DNA of 24,000 bases from Thermoflexales bacterium. GTDB lineage: Bacteria; Chloroflexota; Anaerolineae; J036; Brachytrichaceae. The stretch's first letter is position 1, and every line of letters starts with the position of its first letter. The translations under genes were made by a program, and so were the position numbers. The stretch spans positions 1 through 24,000 of the forward strand of contig DAOTYS010000169.1 of NCBI GenBank assembly GCA_034434575.1, written 5' to 3'. Below the pieces are notes generated by a model that was given only the letters and a program-made list of their open reading frames with translations, was not told the origin of the DNA and did no database searches. Positions 7,996-15,948 of this stretch are shown piece after piece.

Positions 7996-9196
7996 TGTGG
8001 ATTGCCTCGGCTTTGGATGTTTTCCTGAGCAGGCATGTTCCCGCTTCGGTGAGATGCCATCTCAATGTCTGAATGATCTGTTTGCCAACAGATTCCACCA
8101 CTGGCGGAACCACGGCGTTGCCAAATTGCCGGTAGGCTTGTGTGTCCGAGACGACCAGCGGTAGATGATCGCCAAATCCCATCAGCCGCGCGCATTCGCG
8201 CGGGGTAAGTCGTCGCGGGTTTTGTCCGGGCTGTGGGATCAAAATCTCAGAGCCGTCCTTGTAGTACCTCGCGCTGAGCGTCCGTGTGATTCCCTCAGGA
8301 TCGGCAAGCCCAAAGCCGAAACCGTTTCCCTTTGCGCGATGGCGTTCGGCATATGACTGCAGATAACCCCACAGGTGATCCGTAAGCGTGTATTTGGGGT
8401 CGGGGAATGGCTCAAGGATATCTCTTAGTTTTGCCCGTGTCCCGTCGGGTGGAAGCGGGAATTCAAAGGGCGGCCTGCTTGAAAAGGTCTTTCGGTCGAA
8501 GCAAACGATGTAAATGCGCTCGCGATGTTGCGGAACCCAGGCTGAAGCGTCAATGACCTTGTGAAAAACCCAGTAGTCCAGGGATTCCAGCGATTCCAGG
8601 ATCACCTTCCAGGTGCGCCCGCCGTCGTGTGACTGCAGATTCTTTACATTCTCAAGGAATAAGACAGGTGGTCTCTTGATCTCTATGATTGTCGCCAGAT
8701 TGAAGAACAGCGTGCCCTGTGTTGCATCCTTGAATCCGTGTGCGCGTCCCAGGCTATTCTTTTTGGACACGCCGGCAATTGAAAAGGGCTGACACGGGAA
8801 GCCTGCCGCCAGCAGGTCGTGGTCTGGGATATCCGATGGACTGATTTTGCGAATATCTCCATGTGGAATTTCGCCAAACCACGCTCGATAGGTTTTTTGG
8901 CAGTGTTTGTCCCACTCTGAAGTGAAAACACACTTGCCGCCCAGTTTTTCCAGAGCGATGCGGAAACCGCCGATGCCCGCAAACAGGTCAATGAACTTAA
9001 AGGGAATGCTCTCAGGAAGGAGCGGTTCTGTCGGCGGCAATTCAGGCGATAATAGCCACGGTTGGGCTCCTTCGCTGACGCGCTTAAGCACAGACAGGAT
9101 GAATTCCTGCTGGCTCATGCGATACTGAAGCCGCCCATTCTCAATCCACTCCCGGATGTTCGGCGGCACGTTTCTTACCAATATCTGGTCGCCCAT
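7976..9196 (-). CDS. dcm: DNA (cytosine-5)-methyltransferase, Dcm/M.EcoRII-like (probable CCWGG specificity), with an N-terminal RHH-like extension
   Basis: 406 aa. Motif [78 protein letters not shown] and [27 protein letters not shown]. Nearly colinear with E. coli Dcm as I recall it. The first ~50 aa ([37 protein letters not shown]) are not Dcm-like. Confidence 0.95.
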   Translation of the reverse strand: MGDQILVRNVPPNIREWIENGRLQYRMSQQEFILSVLKRVSEGAQPWLLSPELPPTEPLLPESIPFKFIDLFAGIGGFRIALEKLGGKCVFTSEWDKHCQKTYRAWFGEIPHGDIRKISPSDIPDHDLLAAGFPCQPFSIAGVSKKNSLGRAHGFKDATQGTLFFNLATIIEIKRPPVLFLENVKNLQSHDGGRTWKVILESLESLDYWVFHKVIDASAWVPQHRERIYIVCFDRKTFSSRPPFEFPLPPDGTRAKLRDILEPFPDPKYTLTDHLWGYLQSYAERHRAKGNGFGFGLADPEGITRTLSARYYKDGSEILIPQPGQNPRRLTPRECARLMGFGDHLPLVVSDTQAYRQFGNAVVPPVVESVGKQIIQTLRWHLTEAGTCLLRKTSKAEAIHNGLTCM

Positions 9197-9260
9197 GTGT
9201 CTTCCCTGTCGCTGGGAAAAAGTGCTATCAGCAGGGAATGATACCAGAGGGATAGCTTCG
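9197..9260 (-). promoter_or_regulatory. Candidate promoter/operator region of the M-R-vsr operon
   Basis: Plus-strand imperfect inverted repeat GCTATCA-N8-TGATACC (9224-9245, 6 of 7 complementary). Two similar direct half-sites, TATCAGCAGGGA and TACCAGAGGGA. CCCTG...CAGGG inverted pair at 9204-9236. No promoter hexamers assigned with confidence. Confidence 0.25.
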
Positions 9261-9292
9261 ATGCGCGCGATTGCTGGCGCGGGTTGATTCGT

Positions 9293-9321
9293 GGCGCAAC
9301 AGCAGACGCAGTCTTTGCGCC
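9293..9321 (-). terminator. Stem-loop downstream of the PHP-domain gene (weak terminator candidate)
   Basis: GGCGCAA ... TTGCGCC 7-bp perfect outer stem with an inner AGAC/GTCT stem, 65 nt after the stop at 9386. No U-tract. Confidence 0.3.
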
Positions 9322-9385
9322 TGTCAGACAGATATGGAACCGTGCTGGCCGTGTTCAGAATGCCGGCGGGCGGTCTTCGCGCGGG

Positions 9386-11932
9386 TCAACATCGCTGTGA
9401 TGTCGTGTCGCCTTCCGGCCCCTCGCCGGCAACAGCCGGCTGCGGCGCGGGCGCCTGATCCTCGGCGATCAACTGCTTCCAGGCCGCGTCCATGCCGTCT
9501 TCGGCCACGCCGTAGAAGATGTAGGTTGTCCCATCGCTGCTCTTCAGCGCCAGGTCATAGCGCATCTTGCCGGCGCGGAACGCCCGGCTGAGCACGGCGC
9601 GTTGCTGGCCTTCAACGCTGTCTTTCCATGCGATGGACTCGATCTTGTAGGTGTTGGTGTTATAGGCCACGATGGCGTAGTGCCACAGGTCGCGCGCGCT
9701 CTTGATCGTCACATTGCGCACCAGGCTGTTGTTGCGCAGATCGCGCACCGTGTAGTAGCGAATGCCCTCGCGCTCTTCGACGGCGGCAATCTGCACGCCT
9801 GACCTGGGCATGCCGTCGATGGCCGGCGGCGCTGTCGGCGTTGCGGGCGCTGTGGCCGGCGCGCTGCTTACCGGCGCGCTGCTTACCGGCGCGTCCAATC
9901 CGTGGGTACCGTTCGTTGGCGGCACTGGCTCCATTGTCTGGGGCGGGGCGGGGGGGGGCGCTGTTTCCTGCCCCTGGGTGTCGGCCTGCGCTCGATCAAC
10001 CGGCTGCTGGGGGCGGACAGGACTCTGCGAACGCTGTTCGCGGCGTCGGTCAGAATGGGACAGGTTCTGCGGTTGTGCCCGTTGCTGCGCCGGCTGCTGC
10101 GCCGGTTGTGCGGATTGCGTTTGTGGTTGTTGCTGCGGCGCTTGTTTCTGTTGCGATTGCTGTGAATGCGTCCGCTGGTCGGCTGGATGTTGTGGGCTGT
10201 GTGTGCGCTGCCGCTGTTGCGCCGGCTGCTGAGTTTGAGGCTGGCGCTGATCGGGTCGTTGGCTATGATCCCGGCGCTGGGCCGAGGCCGGCTCCGGGCT
10301 GCTTCCGCTGCGCTCGCGGTGGGGATGCGCCTGCGCGGCCTGCGCCGCTGCTTCCAGACAGCGTTTGGTGATGGCGACGATTTCATCGCGCGTGGCTGCG
10401 CGCGTTTGCGCGCCATCGCGGACATAGAACTGAGTATCGTGAACTGCGTAAGGCCCCTGGTTGGTCTGCGGCACGGTGACGCGGATGATCTGCGCGTCGT
10501 CTATGGTTTGCGCCACGATAGCCGGCTGCAGCTCTGGCTTCACCTGTTCGCGCACGGCATCGGCGAGTTTGCGGGCCGTCTCTTCAGCCGAGGGCACCCC
10601 TTTGGGTTTCTTGTTCACGCCCGCTTCGCAGCCAATCACGATCACGCCGCCCTCCCCGTTCGCCATGGCTGCCGCATCGCGCACGATCTCCTCAAACCGG
10701 TTGACGCTGCGCCGGGGCAGCGCCGGGTGAAAAGCCAGTTTCGCGCCGGCCTCCTGGGCGCGGATATCCTGGATCGGATCGACGCTCAGATTGAGCGGCG
10801 CCCGCGATTGACGCACGCGGTGAAAATCCTGGCTCAGGAACAGGGCGCGCAACGCGGCGAAGGTTCGCTCTGGGAGCAGCACTTCGGAGGTGCGGTCGCC
10901 CACGCCCAACCGGCGCGCGTCTGTGGCCGACACCGTCAGCCGGTGCGCGTCGCTGCCCTGGATCAGATGCATCCGGCGCGGGTATTCGGCTTTGGTTCCG
11001 CTCAGCCAGTACGCCATCGAGCGCCGGCCTTTGCTCAGATCGGTCAGTTCCACTGCGGCCAGATGGGTGTCCTGCGTGAACGCAATGCGCGTCTGGCCGC
11101 CGATATTCACGCCGCGCATCAGCACGCCGCTGGACGAGTTGGCGTGAGCGGCAATGGCAATGCCGCCGGCTTCATCGATGAGCCGGTAAGCCGTCAACAC
11201 GTCGCTGGTGGCGCCGGCTTCCGTCAACCCTTTGTCCAGCGCATCGCCCGGCACATGCATCTCGTACAACAGATATTCGATATCGCGCAGCGGCTTCCCC
11301 GGCGGGAAGATGCCCAGGATGTGGAAGCCGAAAGTGCTTGTGAACTCGAAGCCCGGCAGCACCAGGATCTTTTTCAACAGGCGCCGGTATTCGAGCAGCC
11401 GGCCCAGCTCGTCCGGCTGGATGCGCTTCAGCCGTTCCAGCAGCTCCAGATCGGCGATTTCGCGCATCATCATGCGGTAGCCGTTGACCGTGTTGTGGTC
11501 GGTGAAGGCGATGATGTCCAGGCCGCGCCGCTCGGCCTGCTGAAGGATGTCGAGGCAGGTCACGCCGGCCTGTTCGTAATCCGCCGACCCCGGCGTGTGC
11601 ATGTGCAGGTCGATGCGATACCAGGTTCCTTCTGCAGACGCCGACGGCGCGTCAGTGACGATGGCGTCGTTCGATTGTGTCCGCGCTGCTTCGGCGGGCG
11701 CGCTCTTGCGCCGGCGGTTTGATGCGGCTGGCTTCGCTCGTGTCGCTGCTTCAGGCGTTTGCGACGCGCTCTGCTGGACGTCAGATGATGTCTGCCCAGA
11801 TCGTTTGCGCGTCGTTCGCGTCGTTCGTGCGCTTGTCTGTGACGTGGGAGAGGCAGTTTTGTCGCCGGCCCGCGCCGGCGACTTGTCGGACTGAGTCCGC
11901 TCGGACGCGGTCCGCGTAGTCTTGCTTGGCAT
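9386..11932 (-). CDS. Multidomain protein: disordered basic N-terminus, PHP metal-dependent phosphoesterase, AlbA_2/Schlafen-like putative nucleic-acid-binding domain, Gln/Pro-rich linker and an uncharacterised C-terminal domain
   Basis: 848 aa. The start is unique: an in-frame stop lies 11 codons upstream with no alternative start codon between. PHP motifs: RIDLHMHTPGSAD, IAFTDHN, GFEF, IAAHANS, IQGSDAH. AlbA_2-like pattern: LAFHPAL, AAMANGEGGVIVIGCE, IIRVTVPQTNQGPYAV..FYVRDGAQTRAATRDEI. The CDS call is secure. Domain and functional calls are by eye. Confidence 0.75.
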   Translation of the reverse strand: MPSKTTRTASERTQSDKSPARAGDKTASPTSQTSARTTRTTRKRSGQTSSDVQQSASQTPEAATRAKPAASNRRRKSAPAEAARTQSNDAIVTDAPSASAEGTWYRIDLHMHTPGSADYEQAGVTCLDILQQAERRGLDIIAFTDHNTVNGYRMMMREIADLELLERLKRIQPDELGRLLEYRRLLKKILVLPGFEFTSTFGFHILGIFPPGKPLRDIEYLLYEMHVPGDALDKGLTEAGATSDVLTAYRLIDEAGGIAIAAHANSSSGVLMRGVNIGGQTRIAFTQDTHLAAVELTDLSKGRRSMAYWLSGTKAEYPRRMHLIQGSDAHRLTVSATDARRLGVGDRTSEVLLPERTFAALRALFLSQDFHRVRQSRAPLNLSVDPIQDIRAQEAGAKLAFHPALPRRSVNRFEEIVRDAAAMANGEGGVIVIGCEAGVNKKPKGVPSAEETARKLADAVREQVKPELQPAIVAQTIDDAQIIRVTVPQTNQGPYAVHDTQFYVRDGAQTRAATRDEIVAITKRCLEAAAQAAQAHPHRERSGSSPEPASAQRRDHSQRPDQRQPQTQQPAQQRQRTHSPQHPADQRTHSQQSQQKQAPQQQPQTQSAQPAQQPAQQRAQPQNLSHSDRRREQRSQSPVRPQQPVDRAQADTQGQETAPPPAPPQTMEPVPPTNGTHGLDAPVSSAPVSSAPATAPATPTAPPAIDGMPRSGVQIAAVEEREGIRYYTVRDLRNNSLVRNVTIKSARDLWHYAIVAYNTNTYKIESIAWKDSVEGQQRAVLSRAFRAGKMRYDLALKSSDGTTYIFYGVAEDGMDAAWKQLIAEDQAPAPQPAVAGEGPEGDTTSQRC
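9856..9893 (-). repeat. 2.5 copies of a 15-bp tandem repeat inside the low-complexity linker (encodes APVSS-APVSS)
   Basis: CCGGCGCGCTGCTTA at 9856-9870 and 9871-9885, then partial CCGGCGCG at 9886-9893. In-frame (a multiple of 3). Confidence 0.85.
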
Positions 11933-12205
11933 AGATGTTGCTGTGGGCGGGCGCGTTGACGTTCATGCGGACAAAGTTTGCGGTGACGGGAATCTGACCA
12001 GAGTTGCGCACAGCATCCTTACACTCCCCGGCGGAGCCATAGTACTGCCCCGTGCCTGTGCGCCGGCATCTCAAGCCAAACCACGCCCAACCCAAACGCC
12101 CAAATAGAAATCGCGCCCAAACTGAATACAAACTGAATCAAAATACGACCAATTGTCGAAATACAAGCGGATTATACATGACGACTATACTGCCCGACTC
12201 AGGGC

Positions 12206-13066
12206 ATGACGCTCATCACCAGCATTCACAATCCGCGCGTCAAGCATGTGCTGGCGCTGCGCGAGCGGCGCGAACGCGAGCGGGCCGGCCAGATGCTCGT
12301 CGAGGGCTATGACGAGCTGGCGCTGGCGCTGGCGTGTAGCGCGCGCCCGGTCGAGTTGTACCACTGCCCGGCGCTGATGCGCGACCCGGCGCAGGCGCGT
12401 CTGTTGACGCGCGCTCAGGAGGCCGGCGCCGAACTTATCGAGGTCAGCGAGCGCGTGTTCGAGAAGATCGCCTATCGTGATGGGCCGGACGGCTGGCTGG
12501 CCGTGTTTCCATGGCGCCGGCGCGGGCTGGCCGATCTAACCCTGAGCGCGCGTCCCTTGTTGCTGGTTGCGGAAGCGGTGGAGAAACCCGGCAACCTCGG
12601 CGCGATGTTGCGCACCGCCGACGCCGCCGGCGTCGATGCGCTGATCTCGTGCGACCCCAACACCGACCTGGGCAATCCCAACGTGGTGCGCTCCAGCAAG
12701 GGGGCGCTGTTCAGCGTGCCGGTGGCCGAAGCCGGCAGCGATGAAACCATTGCCTGGCTCAGGCAGCACGGCATTGCCATCGTGGCTGCTGCGCCGGGCG
12801 CCGACCAGGACTTCGACCAGATCAATCTGAGCGGCCCGATCGCAATTGCGGTGGGCGCAGAGAAGCCGGGCCTCAGCCGGCGCTGGCTTGCTCAGGCCGA
12901 CCTGCAGGCGCGCATCCCCATGGTCGGACGGGTCAACTCGCTCAATGTCGCCACTTCGGCTGCCTTGTTGGTATATGAGGCGGTGAGGCAGCGCCGCGCG
13001 AAGCAGCGCCACGCCGGGCAAGGCATCTCAGCCGCTGCATCCACTTCACAGACAGACCCGGCCTGA
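12206..13066 (+). CDS. SpoU/TrmH family RNA 2'-O-methyltransferase (RlmB-like)
   Basis: 286 aa. SPOUT motifs EKPGNLGAMLRTADAAGVD, AIAVGAEKPGLS and IPMVGRVNSLNVATSAALLVYE, plus an N-terminal substrate-binding-like domain. Confidence 0.9.
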   Translation: MTLITSIHNPRVKHVLALRERRERERAGQMLVEGYDELALALACSARPVELYHCPALMRDPAQARLLTRAQEAGAELIEVSERVFEKIAYRDGPDGWLAVFPWRRRGLADLTLSARPLLLVAEAVEKPGNLGAMLRTADAAGVDALISCDPNTDLGNPNVVRSSKGALFSVPVAEAGSDETIAWLRQHGIAIVAAAPGADQDFDQINLSGPIAIAVGAEKPGLSRRWLAQADLQARIPMVGRVNSLNVATSAALLVYEAVRQRRAKQRHAGQGISAAASTSQTDPA

Positions 13067-13100
13067 GCGTCTCGACATCAGCGCCGACACGCTCAGGCCG
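13059..13100. terminator. 12-bp perfect stem-loop between convergent genes (candidate bidirectional terminator)
   Basis: CGGCCTGAGCGT - 18-nt loop - ACGCTCAGGCCG. The left arm overlaps the TGA stop of the SpoU gene. No U-tract on either side. Confidence 0.35.
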
Positions 13101-13120
13101 CAATCGCCGCGCGGCTGCGC

Positions 13121-15475
13121 TCAACGCGGCGCAATCGCCAGGCCGGCTTCCACCGGCTTTTTGGAGCCGGCCGGTTGCAGGTCATGCCCCAGCAGCACGC
13201 GCTCCAGGTTCATCGGCAGCTCGCGGATGCGCCGGCCCGTGGCGTGCGCAATCGCGTTGGCGATGGCCGGCGCTGTCGGCACTAGGGACGGCTCGGCAAT
13301 GTTCTTCGCGCCATACGGCCCATACGAGTACGGCGCCTCCACAAATTGCCCCGTGATCTCCGGCACATCGACGGAAGTCGGGATCAGATACGACTCGAAG
13401 TTGGTCTCCTGAATGTAGCCGTCGCGGTAGTTGATCTGTTCCGTCAGCGCGTAACCCAGCCCCTGGGTGATGCCGCCATACAGTTGTCCGTAGGCGCCCT
13501 GTGGGAAGATGGTCTTGCCGATGTCATGCACAGCCCACAAATGCAGCACTTGCACGTTGCCGGTGCGCATGTCCACCTCCACCTCGGCGATCTGCGCGCC
13601 ATACACATAAGCCATGTACGGCGTCCCGCGCCCATGATGGTGATCCCACTCGATTTTGGGCGCCGACCACTTGCCATGCGCCGACAGAATCAGCCCCATC
13701 TCACGGGCGTGATCGACGATCTTTTCCCAGCTCACTGCTTCTTCGTCCGGCCCGATGTAGCTCTCGCCGACGCGAATCAACTGCTGGGGATCGCATTTGA
13801 GCAGATCGCTGGCGGCCAGGTCGAGGGTGTGGCGCAGATTGCGCGCAGCGGCCCGCATCGCGTTGCCGCCGACCACAGTGGTGCGGCTGGCGACTGTTGG
13901 GCCAGAGTCGATCGCCGTGTTGGTGTCGGGGCGCTGAATACGGATGCGCTCTGGTCGCACGCCCAACTCTTCAGCCGCAATCAGCGTATACACCGTGCGC
14001 GAGCCGGTGCCGTAGTCGGTCAGACCTGACGTGAGATCGACGGAGTAGTCGGGCAGGATGCTGATGGTTCCACTGGCGTTGTCTGCGCCCTCTGCCCCCA
14101 GCGACATGCCGTGATACATGGCTGCCACCCCGATGCCCCGGCGTTTCTCGGCGCCGTTCTGCCGGCTGTATTCAGCGCGCTTGCGGTCCCAGTCGCTCAG
14201 CCGGCGCGCTGTCGTCAGGCATTCCACCAATCCCACCGACTCATTCAACACCTGGCCGTGCGCGGTTTCGTCGCCCAGGCGCAGGCAGTTCTTCAGGCGC
14301 AGGTCGATCGGGTCCATGCCCAGCAGGTCGGCCAGTTCGTCCACCGTTTGCTCGACGGCGAAACACACTTCTGGATTGCCGAAGCCGCGAAACGCGCCGG
14401 CGTAGCCGTTATTGGTGTACACGCAATACACGTCCACGTCGCAGGCGCGATAGCGATACGCGCCCATGGCGTGGATGCTGGCCCGCCAGGCGGTGAAGGG
14501 CGTTTCTGAGGCGTATGCGCCGGAATCGAGAATGCCCCGGAACCAGCAGGCGCGCAGCGTGCCGTCCGGGTCTGCGCCCAGGCGGATGCGCATGTGCATG
14601 GCGTCGCGTTTGTAGCTGGCGATCAGGCTCTCTTCGCGCGAGAAGACCATGCGCACCGGCCGGCCGGTGATCAGCGCCAGTTTGGCGGCCTGGGCCGAAC
14701 TCTCGTAAATGATGTCGTCTTTGCCGCCAAACGACCCGCCCACAACGGGCTGAATCACGCGCACCAGGTTGAGCGGCAGGCCCAGCGTCATGGCCAGGTT
14801 GCCCTGGTTGATGAAGGGGCTTTGGTTCGGCGCATAGACCACGATCCCGCCTTCGGGCGTTGGCATCGCCAGCACGCCTTCCGGCTCGATGTAAGCGTGC
14901 TCCTGCCAGTCGGTGAAATAGCGGCGATCCAGCACGATCGGGCAATCGGCCAGCTCCGCTTCGGCGTTGCCCTTGCACACCAGCATGTGATCGCTTTTCA
15001 GGTTGGGATGCCGGCCATCGCTGCGATCCGGCCCGACCTGCGGCGCGTCCGGGTCCAGGGCGCGCTCCGGGTCGAACAGCGCAGGCAGCGGCTCCAGCTC
15101 GCACACAATGGCTTGCGCGCCGGCCAGCGCGGCCTGGGGCGAGTCGGCGGCCACGGCGGCGATCGGTTCGCCGACATAGCGCACTTTCTGCCAGGCCAGC
15201 ATGTATTTATCTTTGACCGGAAAGCCGTACAGGCCGTGATTGACAAAGTCATCGCTGGTGATCACGGCGCGCACGCCGGGCACTTGCAGCGCCGGCGTGG
15301 GGTCAAGCCGGACGATGCGCGCGTGCGGCAGCGTGCTGCGCAGACAGCGCGCGTGCAACATGCCCGGCACTTTGTAGTCCGCGATGTATTTGGCCCGCCC
15401 AGTCACCTTCTCCAGCGCGTCCACGCGCCGCGCCGGCTGGCCCACATATTCCAGAGGGTTGGTGAAATGGCTCAT
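13121..15475 (-). CDS. Xanthine dehydrogenase family molybdopterin-binding large subunit (aldehyde oxidoreductase-like)
   Basis: 784 aa from the ATG at 15475 (MSHFTNPLEYVGQPARRVDALEKVTGRAKYIADY). This start overlaps the small-subunit stop as ATGA. Motifs VVGGSFGGKDD and GYAGAFRGFGNPE. The track's 843-aa version adds 59 aa that overlap the small-subunit gene, so I reject it. Confidence 0.9.
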   Translation of the reverse strand: MSHFTNPLEYVGQPARRVDALEKVTGRAKYIADYKVPGMLHARCLRSTLPHARIVRLDPTPALQVPGVRAVITSDDFVNHGLYGFPVKDKYMLAWQKVRYVGEPIAAVAADSPQAALAGAQAIVCELEPLPALFDPERALDPDAPQVGPDRSDGRHPNLKSDHMLVCKGNAEAELADCPIVLDRRYFTDWQEHAYIEPEGVLAMPTPEGGIVVYAPNQSPFINQGNLAMTLGLPLNLVRVIQPVVGGSFGGKDDIIYESSAQAAKLALITGRPVRMVFSREESLIASYKRDAMHMRIRLGADPDGTLRACWFRGILDSGAYASETPFTAWRASIHAMGAYRYRACDVDVYCVYTNNGYAGAFRGFGNPEVCFAVEQTVDELADLLGMDPIDLRLKNCLRLGDETAHGQVLNESVGLVECLTTARRLSDWDRKRAEYSRQNGAEKRRGIGVAAMYHGMSLGAEGADNASGTISILPDYSVDLTSGLTDYGTGSRTVYTLIAAEELGVRPERIRIQRPDTNTAIDSGPTVASRTTVVGGNAMRAAARNLRHTLDLAASDLLKCDPQQLIRVGESYIGPDEEAVSWEKIVDHAREMGLILSAHGKWSAPKIEWDHHHGRGTPYMAYVYGAQIAEVEVDMRTGNVQVLHLWAVHDIGKTIFPQGAYGQLYGGITQGLGYALTEQINYRDGYIQETNFESYLIPTSVDVPEITGQFVEAPYSYGPYGAKNIAEPSLVPTAPAIANAIAHATGRRIRELPMNLERVLLGHDLQPAGSKKPVEAGLAIAPR

Positions 15476-15945
15476 ATTGCTTTCTGCCTCCCTTTTGCCG
15501 TGGCCTCGATCGCGTCCACGATTTGCTGATAGCCGGTGCAGCGGCACAGATTGCCGGCCAGCGCGTTGCGAATCTCCGCGCGGGTCGGTTGCGCATGGCG
15601 CATCAGCAGCGCCTCGCCGGCCATAATCATGCCCGGAATGCAGATGCCGCACTGCACCGCGCCATAGTCAATAAAGTTCTGCTGCAAGTCATTGGGGCCG
15701 CCATCGGGCGCGTGAATGCCTTCGATTGTGATGATCTCGCTGCCGGCGGCCTGCGGCGCCAGCACCAGGCAACTGTTCATCAGCCGGCCATCCATGATGA
15801 CCGCGCACGCCCCGCACTCCCCGACCGCGCAGCCCTCTTTGCTGCCGGTCAGATTCAGGTAATCGCGCAGCAGATCAAGCAGCGTGATGTCGGGAGGCGC
15901 ATCCACGCTGACCTGTTTGCCGTTGACTTTGAATTCAATCACCAT
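15472..15945 (-). CDS. (2Fe-2S)-binding small subunit of the XDH-family enzyme
   Basis: 157 aa. Plant-type cluster GCAVGECGACAV...NSC and second cluster QCGICIPG...CRCTGY. Confidence 0.93.
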   Translation of the reverse strand: MVIEFKVNGKQVSVDAPPDITLLDLLRDYLNLTGSKEGCAVGECGACAVIMDGRLMNSCLVLAPQAAGSEIITIEGIHAPDGGPNDLQQNFIDYGAVQCGICIPGMIMAGEALLMRHAQPTRAEIRNALAGNLCRCTGYQQIVDAIEATAKGRQKAI

Positions 15946-15948
15946 CTC

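Larger units (their letters stand above)
6353..9260. other. Lower-GC genomic island carrying an EcoRII/Dcm/Vsr module
   Basis: By-eye counts on sample 60-nt lines give about 48-55% G+C inside against about 65-70% in flanking genes. Contents form a self-contained R-M plus repair module. No integrase or transposase, and no convincing flanking direct repeats. The right boundary is fuzzy (9260-9385). Confidence 0.6.

Noticed and set aside
6353-9260. Avoidance of CCWGG sites inside the R-M island
   Set aside because: I counted about eight CCAGG/CCTGG sites by eye in about 2.9 kb. That is close to what base composition alone would predict, so there is no evident depletion.
6353-9385. Flanking direct repeats or att-like sites bounding the island (GACAGA-containing stretches near 6355-6376 and 9322-9334)
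   Set aside because: The similarity is limited to 5-6 nt of low-information sequence with no consistent alignment. No integrase or transposase is present to give it meaning.
10166-11722. 518-aa plus-strand ORF antisense to the PHP-domain gene. Similar long antisense or off-frame ORFs include 367..1140 -, 2636..3508 +, 3783..4505 +, 4794..5588 +, 5585..6871 +, 12536..13021 -, 13346..14029 +, 14409..15104 -, 14594..15529 +, 15523..16032 +, 20021..20929 +, 21504..22157 + and 22648..23571 +
   Set aside because: Each is opposite to, or out of frame with, a gene that has strong family signatures. All show low-complexity R/A/G/P-rich translations. Stop-codon scarcity in GC-rich sequence explains their length.
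15476-15652. 59-aa N-terminal extension of the molybdopterin large subunit in the track's 843-aa ORF
   Set aside because: The extension overlaps the 3' end of the 2Fe-2S subunit gene in another frame and is Arg/Gly-rich junk. The internal ATG at 15475 gives the canonical N-terminus and an ATGA start/stop overlap.
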